Source: Leucoraja ocellata
Lineage: Eukaryota
Assembly (NCBI GenBank): GCA_036785375.1
Contig: JAWMAR010000026.1
Span: 12,090,001-12,154,000 of the forward strand
DNA length: 64,000 bases
Direction: 5' to 3'
Made by a program: the position numbers and the translations under genes. The notes beneath the pieces are model-generated. The model had not been told where the DNA came from and searched no databases. It was given only the letters and a program-made list of their open reading frames with translations. Shown piece after piece: positions 12,201 through 24,800 of the stretch. The first letter of the stretch is position 1; each line of letters opens with the position of its first letter.

Positions 12201-15200
12201 GCGGCTGACATGAGCGGGGCTGGCGAGCGGCAGGTGAGGGATGTTCAGACGGAGAGCACTGCCAGAGGTGAGCGGGCCGGCAGAAGGCGTTGAGGTGGCG
12301 GCCAGTTCCGCTGTCCAGTCGTGAGTTAGTGAGTTACTGGCAGAATCCCCGACCCCCTCCTTCTCAATGCTCCTGCCCTCCCCACAACTTTACCCCTGGC
12401 CAGACTCCCCACACGCTGTGAAAGGAACTCTCCCTCCCAATTGGTCCCTTGAACTAGTGTTGTCATTCATTAAGATCACAACTGATTCAACTTGTCCCGG
12501 TGTCCTCCTGTTTTTCCTACCATCTCTCCACCTACCGTCACCCTCCACCCCCCATCCATTCAGTAATTCAAAATGAAGGAGATTTGGAAGCCTTGGGCAA
12601 ATTGAATTGTTACTTTCTTTATTTTTATTTTTTTGAGCGGAGGAAATTCCATGCCCGCCAGCCTTCTTTCAAAATTTAGCAACTGAAAACGGGGCTGCGT
12701 CTTCGATGCAGGTGCATCTTTATTGCCGGGAAATATGGTACTTTATTAAGAGGTATGGCTTTTGAAGACTTTATAAAAGTCAATTGACAGCTTACGGAGA
12801 GGAGAGCAATCTGCGCATGTGCAATTTAAGATTTTTTAAAAGCCGGCTGACTGAGTAATTACACACTGCACGTGCCTGGATCTTATAGAGGCATACAAGA
12901 TAATCAGGGGAATAGATAAGGTGAATGCACAGAATCCTTTACCCAAGGTAAGGGAACCAAGACAAGAGGATGTAGGTTTAAGGTGAGAGAAGAAAGATTC
13001 AATAGGAATCCGAGAGGCAACTTTTTCCACACAGAAGGTGGTGGGTGCATGGAACAAGCTGCCAGAAGAGGTAGTTGAGGCAGGTACTTAAACAATATTT
13101 AAAATACATTTGCACAGATAAATGGATAGGAAAGGCTCAGAGGGATACGAGCCAAATGTGGGAAGATGGGACTGGTGTTGATGGAGCATCCTGGTCAGGT
13201 TGGGCTGAAGGGTTTGTTTCTCTGCTGTATAATGATATGACATTTGCTATAATTCCAATAATTATTCACTGCTTTTTGGAAGTCCCAATGGTTAGGTATT
13301 TGTATCACAGCGGTCCCTTTCCCTGCAAACACACTGCAGTCCCAATTCCTCTAACGCCTCTCATATCAACATCCCAAGGTCCCTCCAAACTCATAAGGAA
13401 TAGTTTCTAGTGCTCTTTTTAAACTCATGGGATTGGTTTTCTGTTTTCACATGCATTTTAGAGGGCCAAATTTACCACACTTTGTTTAAATACTTTGAGC
13501 CCTGGTTCCCACATTGCCTTTCAACTCACCAGGGTCTGTTGTAAAGTGCATTATGGCAAATCTCATAAATCAAATAAAGCAATGAATGTTTGTACTCTCC
13601 CATTGTTGTAAAAGAGCAATGCATTTTTTTTTAAAGTATCATATTGTTGTGTAACAAGAGGATAAGCTGTGGTTTAATAGTAACTTGCCTTAGTGCTGAG
13701 ATATGGTACCCCTTCCTCCTCCTGAGGTCATCTGACTATCAGGAAGCAAAATACACCATTAACATCCAGCAAAATCAATCATTCCTAACTGTATATTTAC
13801 ATCTAGACCTGTTCCTTTAATAGCGTCATTTATTTTCCGCTATTAAAACCTTAGCTCTGAATATTTACCTGGAACTTCGTTCCGTCAGCTCAATCAGAAT
13901 AGCTTAATTTAGTTTAGAGATACAGCATGGAAACAGGCCTTTCGACCCGCCAAGTCCACGCCAGCCAATGATCACCCGTACACTAGTTCTAACTTACACA
14001 CCAAGGACAATTTACAGAATTCAGTTAACCTACAAGCCCACACGTCTTTGGAATGTAGGAGAAAACCAGAGCACCCAGAGAAAACCCACGCGGTCACAGG
14101 GAGAACGTACAAACTCCATACAGAGAGCAACTATATACAAGACCAACCCTTGGTCTCTGGTGCTGTGAGGCAGCGACTCCACCACTGCGCCGCCTTTACA
14201 TATTTACATTCAAAATTTCATCTCATCGCTTCTATTAACAGCCACTTTAGGCACCATTGTATGGGATCAGCTGTGGTTTATGCTCTCCAATTTACTTTCA
14301 ATAATTTAATACAATCTTTCAAATTATATTTAAACAATATCTGCAACATCTTGTCTCTATTAAGAAACTAAAATGCCAGCAAACGTTGTAACTGGAATTT
14401 AACGTGATTGTCAAATACCACTTTGTCAAGTCACTGCAAACTGTACATTCTGCACCTCACCCCACATTTCAGAGTTTCTGTTATACAATCATAGAAACAT
14501 AGAAAATAGGTGCAGGAATAGGCCATATGGCCCTTCGTGCCTGCACCGCCATTCAATATGATCATGGCTGATCATCCAACTCAGTATCCCGTACCTGCCT
14601 TCTCTCCATACCTTCTGATCCCCTTAGCCACAAGGGCCACATCTAACTCCCTCTTAAATATAGCCAATGAACTGGCCACAACTACCTTCTGTGGTAGAGA
14701 ATTCCAGAGATTCACCACTCTCTGTGTGAAAAATATTTTTCTCATCTCGGTCCTAAAAGAACCCTTATCCTTAATCATCACCTCAGCTTTGCTATTCCAA
14801 GAATTCTGCATAAAGATTTTCTGAAATTACAACTAAGGTTAAAATATTAATGTGGTAATTTGGCTGCAGGGTTTTGAAAATAACTAAAATGATGCAAAAA
14901 TTCTTTTGTAAATGAAAATTACTTAACTCCTTCTTTCTTTCATTCTATCCCTTTGTCTGTTCTCTTGTTCCCATTGTGCGAACAGCCCATTTGCTAGCGA
15001 TAGAACCCCAACGTCTACAACCTTCTTAAGAAGCTCTTCATGATATGCATGCTGGGCTCATTCAAAGCAAGGAAATTAGTATCATTACAGCATAGTTTCA
15101 TTAGCATGCATATACTGTAGCAAAAGGCCCTGTACTTTTAGTGTTACGAATTTCATTTTGGTCTCCCTCCAACCAACCCTTTCATTTGTTCACTGCAAAA

Positions 15201-17128
15201 CTGCTTCTCACCTGCTTAAATTTATACAGATCATTGGATTTTTCATGAAAGTTTAGTTGCAGAAGGTCATTTTGAAGTCCTGTCAAGAATGACTGACTTT
15301 GTATAAAGTCTGGTATCACACAGTGTGTGAATGGCTGAGTGCTGACCTGCAGACCCAGTTCTGTAAAGGAAGGCAGAAAGGCATAGGTAAACTTGTCAAG
15401 AAGCATTTATGCCATAATAAATTAGACACAAGCATGTTTCTCTTACAGTTTCTTTACAAAAATAAAGATGAATTCTGATGATTATAATCTCCGAATAGAA
15501 AAAAGGGAAAATATTTGTAGACTGCCAAAACTATTAATTACTGCATTATTGGTTCAACTTACATTGCAGGTCTCATTGCCACTTGCGGGCGGAGCACCCA
15601 GGCATATTTGTGAATACTTGGCCAATAAACTTATTCATTCATAACATTAGTCATCCTCCAGTCGTCTGGTACCTCACCTCTGTCTAACAATGACAAGACC
15701 TCAGCTTCCCACAGTGTTCTTGGATTTATCAGATGAGACAGTAGATTCATCTATCTTTGTACATCCATGGACTTTCAGTACTTGCTCAACTCTGACATAG
15801 ACTATCCTCAAAATATCTCCATCAACTTTCCCCAAGTTCCCCAGTCTTTAGGTCTTTCTCCGCCGTAAAAACAGAAGAGAAATATTCATGGGGAACCTTT
15901 CCCATCTCCTGCACTTCCACACATTGATGACCACTTTGGTTTCTGAGTGGCCCCATTCTCTCTCTAGTTACCCCTCTTCCCCATAATATACTCACCCTTA
16001 AGCCTGAATACATCCACTGAGAAACAGGGATCTCCAGTCGTCGAGCATATGAACATTTGAGATTAACATATTTTTAGATACTAAGGCGATCAGAGAATAT
16101 ATATCCACCTGTCACCTGCTAGGCGTTGTTCCACCTCTCTTTTCCAGTTTTCTTCCCCCTACTCCAATCAATCTGAAATTTCCCTCCATTGAATTCCTCC
16201 AGCACTTCGTCTTTTGCTGAAGATTCCACATCTGCAGTTTCTTGTGTCTCCAGAGAATATATTAGCCATGCTCATAAGACTCAGTGAAGCTGTCACGTCT
16301 TGTCTACAAGTGTTCAAGAAGGAACTGCAGATGCTGGAAGATCGAAGGTACGTCTTGTCCACTGTTGCTTCTATTTCTTATATTATTTTATATTCCACCG
16401 CACTGATGACGTCAGTCCACATTTGGTGCTCAAATATTTTAATGGAATTCGACTGATGCAAGAGTGGGTCACATTGACACTTGAATTGTGTCTCCATTCA
16501 CAACATTCATACCTTACCCGGTAGACACAAAATGCTGGAGTAACTCAGCAGGACAGGCAACAGTCCCGCTGGGTAGCATTTTGTGTCTATCTTCGGTGTA
16601 AACCACTATCTGCAGTTCCTTCCTACACATTTCTCCAGTCTGCTCCAGTGCGAAATCTCCTCAAGGTATGTACACTTTGAAGAAGTTCTCCTCTCCCCGA
16701 CGAGTTCTGCAACGCCCTCTCTCGCTGCTCCCCCTCTTTGATCCTTCGGTATCGCTAGTTTCCCTTTGCTTTCCCTCTCCCCTGACTCTCAGTCTGAATA
16801 AGGGTCTCGACCCGAAACGTCACCCATTCCTTCTCTCCAGAGATGGTGCCGGTCCCGCTGAGTTACTCCAGCATTTTGTATCTGTCTACGGTGTTAACCA
16901 GCATCTGCAGTTCCTTCCTACACACGACCCCCGCCCGGCTCTCTGCAATGGACCTGGCCCGATACACTTCTCCTCACCATGCGAGTACTCTAACCCTCTG
17001 CTCCAGGCCTCGCTCACTCGCTCCTTCGCTTCCAGCAACACCGGGTTCAGTTCCGCAATCTCCCTCGTCAGCTGTCTTTTCCTTCCGCGACCATTTCCCG
17101 ACTCAGTCCGAAGCCTCTTCGAGCTCAT
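1..17128 (-). CDS. OGFOD1: Prolyl 3-hydroxylase OGFOD1, coding exons 1-10 (3' partial)
   Basis: Ten exons join in frame: 17128-16978, 15360-15212, 13735-13689, 11236-11136, 9488-9372, 7662-7571, 4457-4332, 2596-2483, 950-871, 257-<1. The translation contains [55 protein letters not shown] and [18 protein letters not shown], recognised from vertebrate OGFOD1. Confidence 0.96.
871..950 (-). CDS. OGFOD1: OGFOD1 exon 9
   Basis: [27 protein letters not shown]; 80 bp. Confidence 0.93.
2483..2596 (-). CDS. OGFOD1: OGFOD1 exon 8
   Basis: [38 protein letters not shown]; 114 bp. Confidence 0.95.
3725..3850. repeat. AT-rich tandem repeat (TACTATATGAATAGCAG-like)
   Basis: Visible degenerate repeats. 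Confidence 0.6.
4332..4457 (-). CDS. OGFOD1: OGFOD1 exon 7
   Basis: [42 protein letters not shown]; 126 bp. Confidence 0.95.
5179..7023 (+). mobile_element. Penelope-like retroelement, 5'-truncated, with inverted terminal copy
   Basis: RT C-terminus ([18 protein letters not shown]) and GIY-YIG domain (NLIYCVRC...[17 protein letters not shown]); inverted copy of the 3' end at ~5212-5765; 14-bp TSD TTCCAAATGTTTTT at 5165-5178 and 7024-7037. Confidence 0.92.
7571..7662 (-). CDS. OGFOD1: OGFOD1 exon 6
   Basis: [30 protein letters not shown]; 92 bp. Confidence 0.95.
9372..9488 (-). CDS. OGFOD1: OGFOD1 exon 5 (HxD iron ligands)
   Basis: [39 protein letters not shown]; 117 bp. Confidence 0.96.
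11136..11236 (-). CDS. OGFOD1: OGFOD1 exon 4
   Basis: [33 protein letters not shown]; 101 bp; AG/GT. Confidence 0.95.
11560..13235 (+). mobile_element. CR1-type LINE 3' fragment (split by the hAT-like element)
   Basis: [28 protein letters not shown]-like CR1 C-terminus and 3'UTR; ends approximate. Confidence 0.7.
11634..12878. mobile_element. Non-autonomous hAT-like DNA transposon inserted in a CR1 fragment
   Basis: TIR CAGGCACGTGC...GCACGTGCCTG and exact 8-bp TSD GATCTTAT. Confidence 0.88.
13689..13735 (-). CDS. OGFOD1: OGFOD1 exon 3 (47 bp, GC donor)
   Basis: [16 protein letters not shown]; TAG acceptor; donor AG|GCAAGT. Confidence 0.88.
13905..14195 (-). mobile_element. HE1-like elasmobranch SINE
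   Basis: GTGACCGCGTGGGTTTTCTC..GTGCTC..GTAGGTTAA core; 3' tail GGCCTGTTTCCATGCTGTATCTCTAAAC shared with the CR1/HER1-type LINE tail. Confidence 0.75.
14488..14772 (-). mobile_element. CR1 LINE 3' end, (TTTCTATG)n tail family
   Basis: [22 protein letters not shown]; octamer tail. Further copies at ~26007-26293, 34226-34680, 53980-54352. Confidence 0.85.
15212..15360 (-). CDS. OGFOD1: OGFOD1 exon 2
   Basis: [41 protein letters not shown]; CAG acceptor, GTGAG donor. Confidence 0.95.
16978..17128 (-). CDS. OGFOD1: OGFOD1 exon 1 ([19 protein letters not shown]...[11 protein letters not shown])
   Basis: ATG at 17128, basic NLS-like N-terminus, EAWSR motif, donor G|GTGAG, 151 bp. Confidence 0.9.
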
Positions 17129-17360
17129 CCCAGTTCAGCTGCACCTTTTCAACCTTAATAACTCCAGGCTGTTATTCTTCAATGGAAACTACACTACCCG
17201 GCAGAACCTGCCGTGCCGCAAAGTCAGATGATTCCCGAAACAGCGCCGCTGAAAGGTCGGAAGCTGTTGCAACCACTCAGAATGCACCTTCTGTGCTGGT
17301 TTTGCCCACGTGTGGCCAATGGCAAATGCGCCGCAGATCGCCGAGCAATTGGATCGATAC
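17129..17360 (-). promoter_or_regulatory. OGFOD1 5'UTR/promoter region
   Basis: CpG-richer stretch directly upstream of the ATG with a CACGTG E-box and CCAAT/ATTGG boxes near 17307-17352. Confidence 0.5.
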
Positions 17361-19359
17361 TATAGTTCCCTTCCAGTGGTAGTAAAATAAATGGAAGACA
17401 ACTCTGATAAGAATCGTGAACAAAATAACAATGGTTAATAGGCAGCAAGAAAACATTATATAAAAACGGAATTTAGATTCATGACAAAATATTGTGAATG
17501 CTTGAAATCTGCATCAAAACAGAAAAAACTGCAAATAGAGCAAGTAGATGTTCAACTGATAATGAAGACTGCTCAGTTAATCTAATCCACAAGAGAGATC
17601 TAGCTGAACTATGCTCTTTTTTTTCCATATCCTCTAATGCCACTCCATTAATATCAGATTTTAAACTGTCAATCGAGTTAATATCGACTGCTTTTCTGGA
17701 AAGAATTCCAGACTTCTACCATCTTCCAAATAATATTTCTTGTGTTTCCTTCTGAATGACCAGTTCCTACTTAAAGATAATAAAATCTTCGAAACGAGGT
17801 CCCCTGCAAGAAACCCCAACTGCTGGCTCGAAGGGCCGAACGGCCAACTATTTTCTACACCTATCCTCTACGTTTCGATGCTTCATTCATATTGCATCAT
17901 TAACATGCATTTCACTGTTTATATAATCCTTTTAATTTCTTCCTCTCCAACCATCCGGATAGCATCAACCGGATTGCGTCATAAACGTGGAATCGCCTGG
18001 ACAAAGCTGCCTCACACTTCAGAGATATTTACATTGTCCTCAGCTCCTTTCTCTCTCCTTCTCTTGAACTAACTTGTTTACTCACGTTCCCAATTTCACA
18101 GAACTTACAAACCAAAACATATCCCCTGTTTCTCTTTGAGTAACTATTCGCTGACTGCTGAGTGTTTACAGGCTTTTCTGCTTTTGATTCAGGGAATAAT
18201 GCATAGTTCACAATTTAGTTCTTAAAATTAAGCGAAAATGTAATTACACACAACACTCCATCTCTCTAATAGTTTAGAGGATGGGAGCCACAATTATACA
18301 TACACCAATCCTCATGTTATGCAACTATGCTTTGCATTACTGCCAAACGACTGCCCACTCATTATATTACCAACATCCAGTGTATCAAGATAAAATCCAT
18401 TTTATTTACATCTGTTAAATCCTGAAAAAAGTGATGTTACCGTTGGCTAAGAAGATTGATGTTCTTCCAAGACTTGATACATGTTGAAGTACATTTGCTG
18501 TATGAATGCCCTAGAGCAAGTAGATGGCTGCACGTCAACTTCCAAGGGACAGTTAGACATGACACCAAAACACACATTCTGAAAAATAAAATAAAATAAA
18601 TTAAATTCATGAATTTAGATTAGCAACAAACTAGCAAGTATTTTTTATTACTGAACATTTACAGCCCTCCTAAGTACAAAACATCAAAAGTTCACTGCTT
18701 TTAGGGAAATTAATATTTTCTCATCTTTGTCTTCAATAACTGACCTTATCTTTTGAGAAGACGGATCCTCATCTTAGACACCCCAGCGACAGGACATCTT
18801 CATTGTGCAAGTGCTGTGACAAACATCCCGGAATGTTTGTTAATCCATACAAGTCCATGACCTCCCCCCCCCCCCCCCCTCCTCCCCCCCCCCCCCCCCC
18901 CCCCCCAACACCATATGCCTGAAGATTCAACATATACCGATCAGCATCACTGTTGTTAATTAATACATTTGAGTAGTAATTTTAATTTTTTCTTTTACAT
19001 TTTCAGAAATGTCACAGGAATAGGTAAGGGGAAAATAGATGGATGGCTGAGAGAAAAAGTAACACAAAGTCCTGCCAGTGTATCTATGTGTAGGCCTTCG
19101 TGTACCCATATAATAGGCATGTAGGTGTTTTGTCTGCACATTCGCGTGCACCTCTAGGTCACCTGCGCTGTGTCAATGATGTGTGCACAACACAGAATAC
19201 ACTCTGTTCATCCAGCGTCTGTGTGCTTGATCATTTACTTTTGTGTCTGAGCCAGCATGATCTTCATTACAATCCTAATATTCAAATAATTGCACCATAT
19301 TCACAGGTTAGTAATTTTGCAGCGAACACCAAAATTAAAGGCTGTCAATGCATTGACTG

Positions 19360-20050
19360 AGATATGGATTAGTAATTGAAATGGGTGGAGAAAGAGCAGA
19401 TGGAATTTAATCTGCGAGATGTCGTGCTTTGGGAGGTAAGGGGAAAATATAAAGTTAATGGCGTGACCCTTAACGGCATTTATGGGGAACAAGTCCACAG
19501 CTCCCTGAAAGTGACAGAGTGGTGAAGAAGGTACTGGGTTGCTTACCATTCGGGCAGGACATTGAATATAAAAGTCAAGAGGTTATCTTGTAGTTTTATA
19601 AATCTTTAGTTGGGCTATACTTGGAGTATTGTGTGCAATTTGATTGAAAGACATGGAGGCTTTGGAGAGGGTCCAGAAAGGGCATACCAGAATATTGCCT
19701 TGATTAGAGGGTATTAGCTTGGATTATTTTCTCTGGAATGTCACAAGTTGAAGATCATATATAAGATAGACAGTCTGAACCTTTTTGCCATGGTGGATAT
19801 GTCAAAGACTGGCCACAAGATAGGTGAGAGGAGCTAAGTTTAAAGGGGATGTGTTGGGCCTGATTTGTTACTCAGAGACTGATGGAGACATACAAAAGTA
19901 AAGTTTAGGAGGTTTTCAGAATGGATATGCAGGGAATAGAGGGATATGGATCATGTATAGGCAGAGGAGATTAGTTTGGTTTGCAATCATTTTCGCTACT
20001 GATATTGTGGGGTGAAGGGCATGTTTCTTTGCTGTACCGTTTTAGTTTCT
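19360..20050 (+). mobile_element. Degenerate CR1 LINE 3' fragment
   Basis: WQMEFN/LEYCVQF/ERVQ-like remnants with frameshifts. Confidence 0.65.
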
Positions 20051-21179
20051 AAATCTCTCCATGACCTCACACCTTATCTCTGCGCCGACCTTCATACCCA
20101 CAGCCTTATTGCTCTCATCGCATCTTGAATTCCCACTATTTTCATATGGCTGCCACGAGGTGAAAATGCCACACCTTAACTCTGAAATTTGTTCTCAAAT
20201 TATCTCGTCCAAAAACTAATTGGAATCTAATTTTTGTTTAGACAATCAGACGCGTTACTTAATATTAATGGGATTAAAAATTGTTCATCATATTCCTGTG
20301 AAACACCGCCGAGGGGATTTGAGAACAAAAAAAAAGCTCTGAATAAATGAAAGTATGTGTATTTTGGGGGAACATAAAGCAGTTTTACAGCTATATTTAA
20401 ATGCGTGAAGGTCCATTCCTGCAGATACTGGAATCTGGCGCAAAGAAAATAAACAAATCTGCAGGAGGCTCTCAGCAGATCAGGCAGCATCTCTGGAGGG
20501 AAATGGTGAGTCGAGGTGTCGGATCGGGACCCTTCAACCAGCTATTCTCTCAGTCCTACTGAAGGGTCTTGAACCGAAACATGGACCTGCGCATATTTAA
20601 ATATAGACATATTTATTGCTCTACGCTTCCCACAAATACATGCAGCATACCTGCTTATTTGCCTCGATTTAAGGTTTACTCGGTTCCTTTTCGGTATTTT
20701 TATATGTTGTTCCATCGTGATGGAGGGTCACGTCGTCTTGAAAGAGATAACTACTTTAGAGTTCGCTCTAATAGTATTACCATTGGCTAAGTACGAACTT
20801 TTGCAACATGTCTCGAAAAAGATTGAACCAAGGTTATTTTTCTCTTTAACAAACAGACATACCGCAAACATATTTGGATTTCGATTCACTAGTAAGACAG
20901 CTTGAGAAGAACATTTCAGCCGCCAGTCTGCTGATGACGTCGTGGAATGTTTCCGTGGCTCAAAGTCGCTGGCTGCTAGAGGTTAAATTGAAACGCAAGA
21001 GGAGTAATTTACGAAAAAAGAAATGGAGGAATTCAGCGGATCAGGGAGTATCTATCGAATGGATTGAACAGTCGACTGTCTATTCCCCGCCAGTTTTGCT
21101 GTTTGATCCATTGAGATCCCGCAGCAGTTTGTTTGTTTTTTGCTACAGTTTCCAGTATCTGCAATCTGGTTTATCTCTG

Positions 21180-21395
21180 TCTTCTCCCTGTGACTCCGTG
21201 GGTTTCCCCCGGGTGCTCCGATTTGTCTCCACATTCCCACACTCCCGCAAGACGTACAGGCTTGTAGGTTAATTGGCTTCTATAAAGATTGTAAATTGTC
21301 CCTAGTGTGAGGGATAGTGCGGGGCACGGAGTGATCGCTGCTCGGCGCGGACTCTCTGGCTGAAAGACCAGTTTGCGCGCTGTATCACTAAACAA
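21180..21395 (+). mobile_element. HE1-like SINE
   Basis: Same core as 13905-14195. Confidence 0.7.
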
Positions 21396-21605
21396 CACCA
21401 ATCTCTACCTGAGCATGTGATTACCAAATGGATAAAGGAAACATTCAATAACGTTCACGGCAGGTGACATAATGGGAGAGTCTGCGCGCCATTGATGGGA
21501 ATGAGAGAGCTTAAAATGCGTTGGACAGAAATGGCGCCGGTACATTTCCACCACACTGCTGCTTGTCCCGCTGAGTTCCTCCAGAACTTCGTGCTTTAGT
21601 GTCAA

Positions 21606-22755
21606 TATAACCATATGACACCATATAACAATTACAGCACGGAAACAGGCCATCTCGACCCTTCTAGTCCGTGCCGAACACATAATCTCCCGTAGTCCCA
21701 TATACCTGCGCTCAGACCATAACCCTCCATTCCCTTCCCATCCATATAACTATCCAATTTATTTTTAAATGATAAAAACGAACCTGCCTCCACCACCTTC
21801 ACTGGAAGCTCATTCCACACAGCTACCACTCTCTGAGTAAAGAAGTTCCCCCTCATGTTACCCCTAAACTTCAGTCCCTTAATTCTCAAGTCATGTCCCC
21901 TTGTTTGAATCTTCCCTGAAAGCTTTTCCACGTCAACTGTCTATCCCTCACATCATTTAAAAAACCTCTATCAAGTCCCCCCTTAACCTTCTGCGCTCCA
22001 AAGAATAAAGCCCTAACTTGTTCAACCTTTCTCTGCAACTTAGTTGCTGAAACCCAGGCAACATTCTAGTAAATCTCCTCTGTACTCTCTCTATTTTGTT
22101 GACATCCTTCCTATAATTAGGCGACCAAAATTGTACACCATACTCCAGAATTGGCCTCACCAATGCCTTGTACAATTTTAACATTACATCCCAACTTCTA
22201 TGCTCAATACTCTGATTTATAAAGGCCAGCACACCAAAAGCTTTCTTGACCACCCTATCTACATGAGATTCCACTTTCAGGGAACTGTGCACAGTTATTC
22301 CCGGATCCCTCTGTTCACCTACATTCTTCAATTCCCTACCATTTACCATGTACGTCCTATTTTGATTTGTCCTGCCAAGATGTAGCACCCCACACTTATC
22401 AGCATTAAACTCCATCTGCCATCTTTCAGCCCATTCTTCCAACTGGCATAAATCTCTCTGTAGACTTTGAAACTCTACTTCATTACCCGCAACCCCACCT
22501 ATCTTAGTATCATCTGCATACTTACTAATCCAATTTACCACACCATCATCCAGATCATTGATGTACATGACAAACAACAGTGGACCCAACACAGATCCCT
22601 GTGGCACCCCACCCGTCACTGGCCTCCAACCCGACAAACAACCATCCACCATTACTCTCTGGCATCTCCCATTCAGCCAGTGTTGAATCCATCTTGTTAC
22701 TCCACCATTAATACCCAACCATTGAACCTTCTTAACCAACCTTCCATGAGGAACT
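21606..22755 (-). mobile_element. CR1/HER1-type LINE, 5'-truncated, young
   Basis: Uninterrupted RT ORF with GVPQGSVLGP and KYADDTK; same family as 60184-60817. Confidence 0.93.
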
Positions 22756-22914
22756 GTCAGACTTATTGCCGTTGCGCTACCCTTCAAGGGTAGTGACATG
22801 GCCTTGAGTCCCTTTCCTCAAGTAATTAATCGGAACAAAGTCAGGCATATTATTCCAAAGACTTGTGAAGATTGAACGAATGTCATGCAATATTTAAGAA
22901 GATAGCTGACTGAT

Positions 22915-24800
22915 CATAGAAACATAGAAAATAGGTGCAGGATAGGCCATTCGGCCCATAGAGTCAGCACCGTCATTCATTATGATCATGGTTGATCATC
23001 CAAAATCAGTACCCCGACCCGGCTTTTTCCCCATAACCTTTCATTCCCCTAGCGCTAAGAACTAAATCTAACTCTCTCTTGAAAACGTCCAATGAATTGG
23101 CCTCCACTGCCTTCTGTGGCAGAGAATTCCACAGGTTCACAACTCGCTGGGTGAAAAAGTGTTTCCTCATCTCAGTCCTAATGGCCTACTCCTTAATCTT
23201 AAACTGTGATCCCCTGGTTCTGGACTCCCCCAGCATCGGGAAAACATTTCCCTCATCTACCCTGTCCAATCCTCTAAGTATTTTTTATGTTTCTGTACGA
23301 TCCACTAATTTCTTCAAATTCCAGCAAATGCAAGTCAGTCGACCCATTCTTTCATCATATGCCAGTCCCGCCATCCGGGAATTAACCTGGTGAACCTGCG
23401 TTGCACTCCCTCCATAGCAATAATGTCCTTCCTCAAATTAGCAGATCAAATTGGCACACAATACTCCACGTGCGGCCTCACAGGACCCTGTCCAACTGCA
23501 ATAATACCTACTTGCTCCTAATCGCAAATCCTCTCGCAATGGCCAAAATGCCATTGGCTTTCTTCACTGCCTGCTGTACCTGCATGCTTACTTTCAGTGA
23601 CTGATCTACAAGCACACCCACGTCTCATTGCACATCTCCTTCTACTAATCTGACACCATTCAGATAAATATCTGCCTTCCTGTTCTTGCCACCAAAGTGG
23701 ATAAAATCACGTTTATCCACATGTTATTGTATCTGCCTTTTGCCCACTCACCCAACCTAAGAAAGTCACCTGCAGCGTCATAGCTTCCGCCTCGCAGCTC
23801 ACACTCCCCCCCCCAGCCTTGTGTCATCCGCAAATTTAGAGATGTTACATTTAATTCCCTCGTTTAAATCGTTAATATACCACATCCACTGTCTCTCCCT
23901 TGTCTACTTGTTACATCCTCAAAATATTTTAGTCAAATATGGTTTCCCCTTCATATATCCATGCTAACTTTGACAGATGCAGCCACTGCTTTCCAAATGC
24001 GCTGTAATCGACTCCAGCATGTTTCCCACTACCGATGTAAGGCGAATTGGTCTATAATTCCCCGTTTTCTCTCCCCCCCCCCCTTTCTTAAAAAGTGTAG
24101 TTGACAAATTGGTTACACTCCAGTCCACAAGTACTGATCCAGAGTCGAGAGAACATTGGAAAATTATCACCAACGCATTTACGATTTCTAGGGCCACCTC
24201 CTTGAGTACTCTGGGATGCAGACCATCTGGCCCTGGGGATGTATTTGCCTTCAGTCCCAACAGAATACCTAACACCATTTTCTGACTGATGTATATTCCT
24301 TTCAGTTCCTCCCACCGATTAGATCCTCGGTCCCATAGTATTTCTGGGAGATTGTTTGTGTATTCCTTAGTAAAGATAACCAAAGTACTCGTTTAACGGT
24401 TCTGCCGTTTCCTTGTTTCCCATTAGAAATTCATCTGTTTCTGACTGTTAGGGACCTACATCGTCTTCAATAATCTTTTCCCTTTTGCATATCTAAAAAA
24501 AAATTCGTCATTTTTTATATGCCCCGTAAGCTTTCTTTCATGCTCCCCCCCCCCCCCCCCCCCCACCCTTCCCCCTCTTAATTAAACCCTTTGTCCTCCT
24601 CTGTTGATTTCTAAATGTAGCCCAGTCCTCTGGTTTGCCGCTTCTCCTGGCCAATTTATATGTCTCTTCCTTGGCTTAAACGCTATACTTGACCTCCCTC
24701 GTCAGCCACGGTTGAGCCCCTTCCCTGTTTTTTTTTCTTTCGCCAGACAGGGGTGAACAATTTCTGGAGTTCATCCATGCGGTCTTTACATCTTATTGCA
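22915..24800 (-). mobile_element. CR1 LINE fragment (degenerate ORF2)
   Basis: SPGPDGLHPRVLKE, GNYRPIRLTSVVG; (TTTCTATG)n tail. Confidence 0.85.

Noticed and set aside
16668-17382. Plus-strand ORFs of 187 and 179 aa
   Set aside because: Antisense to OGFOD1 exon 1 and overlapping a repeat; no recognisable protein, not NUDT21.
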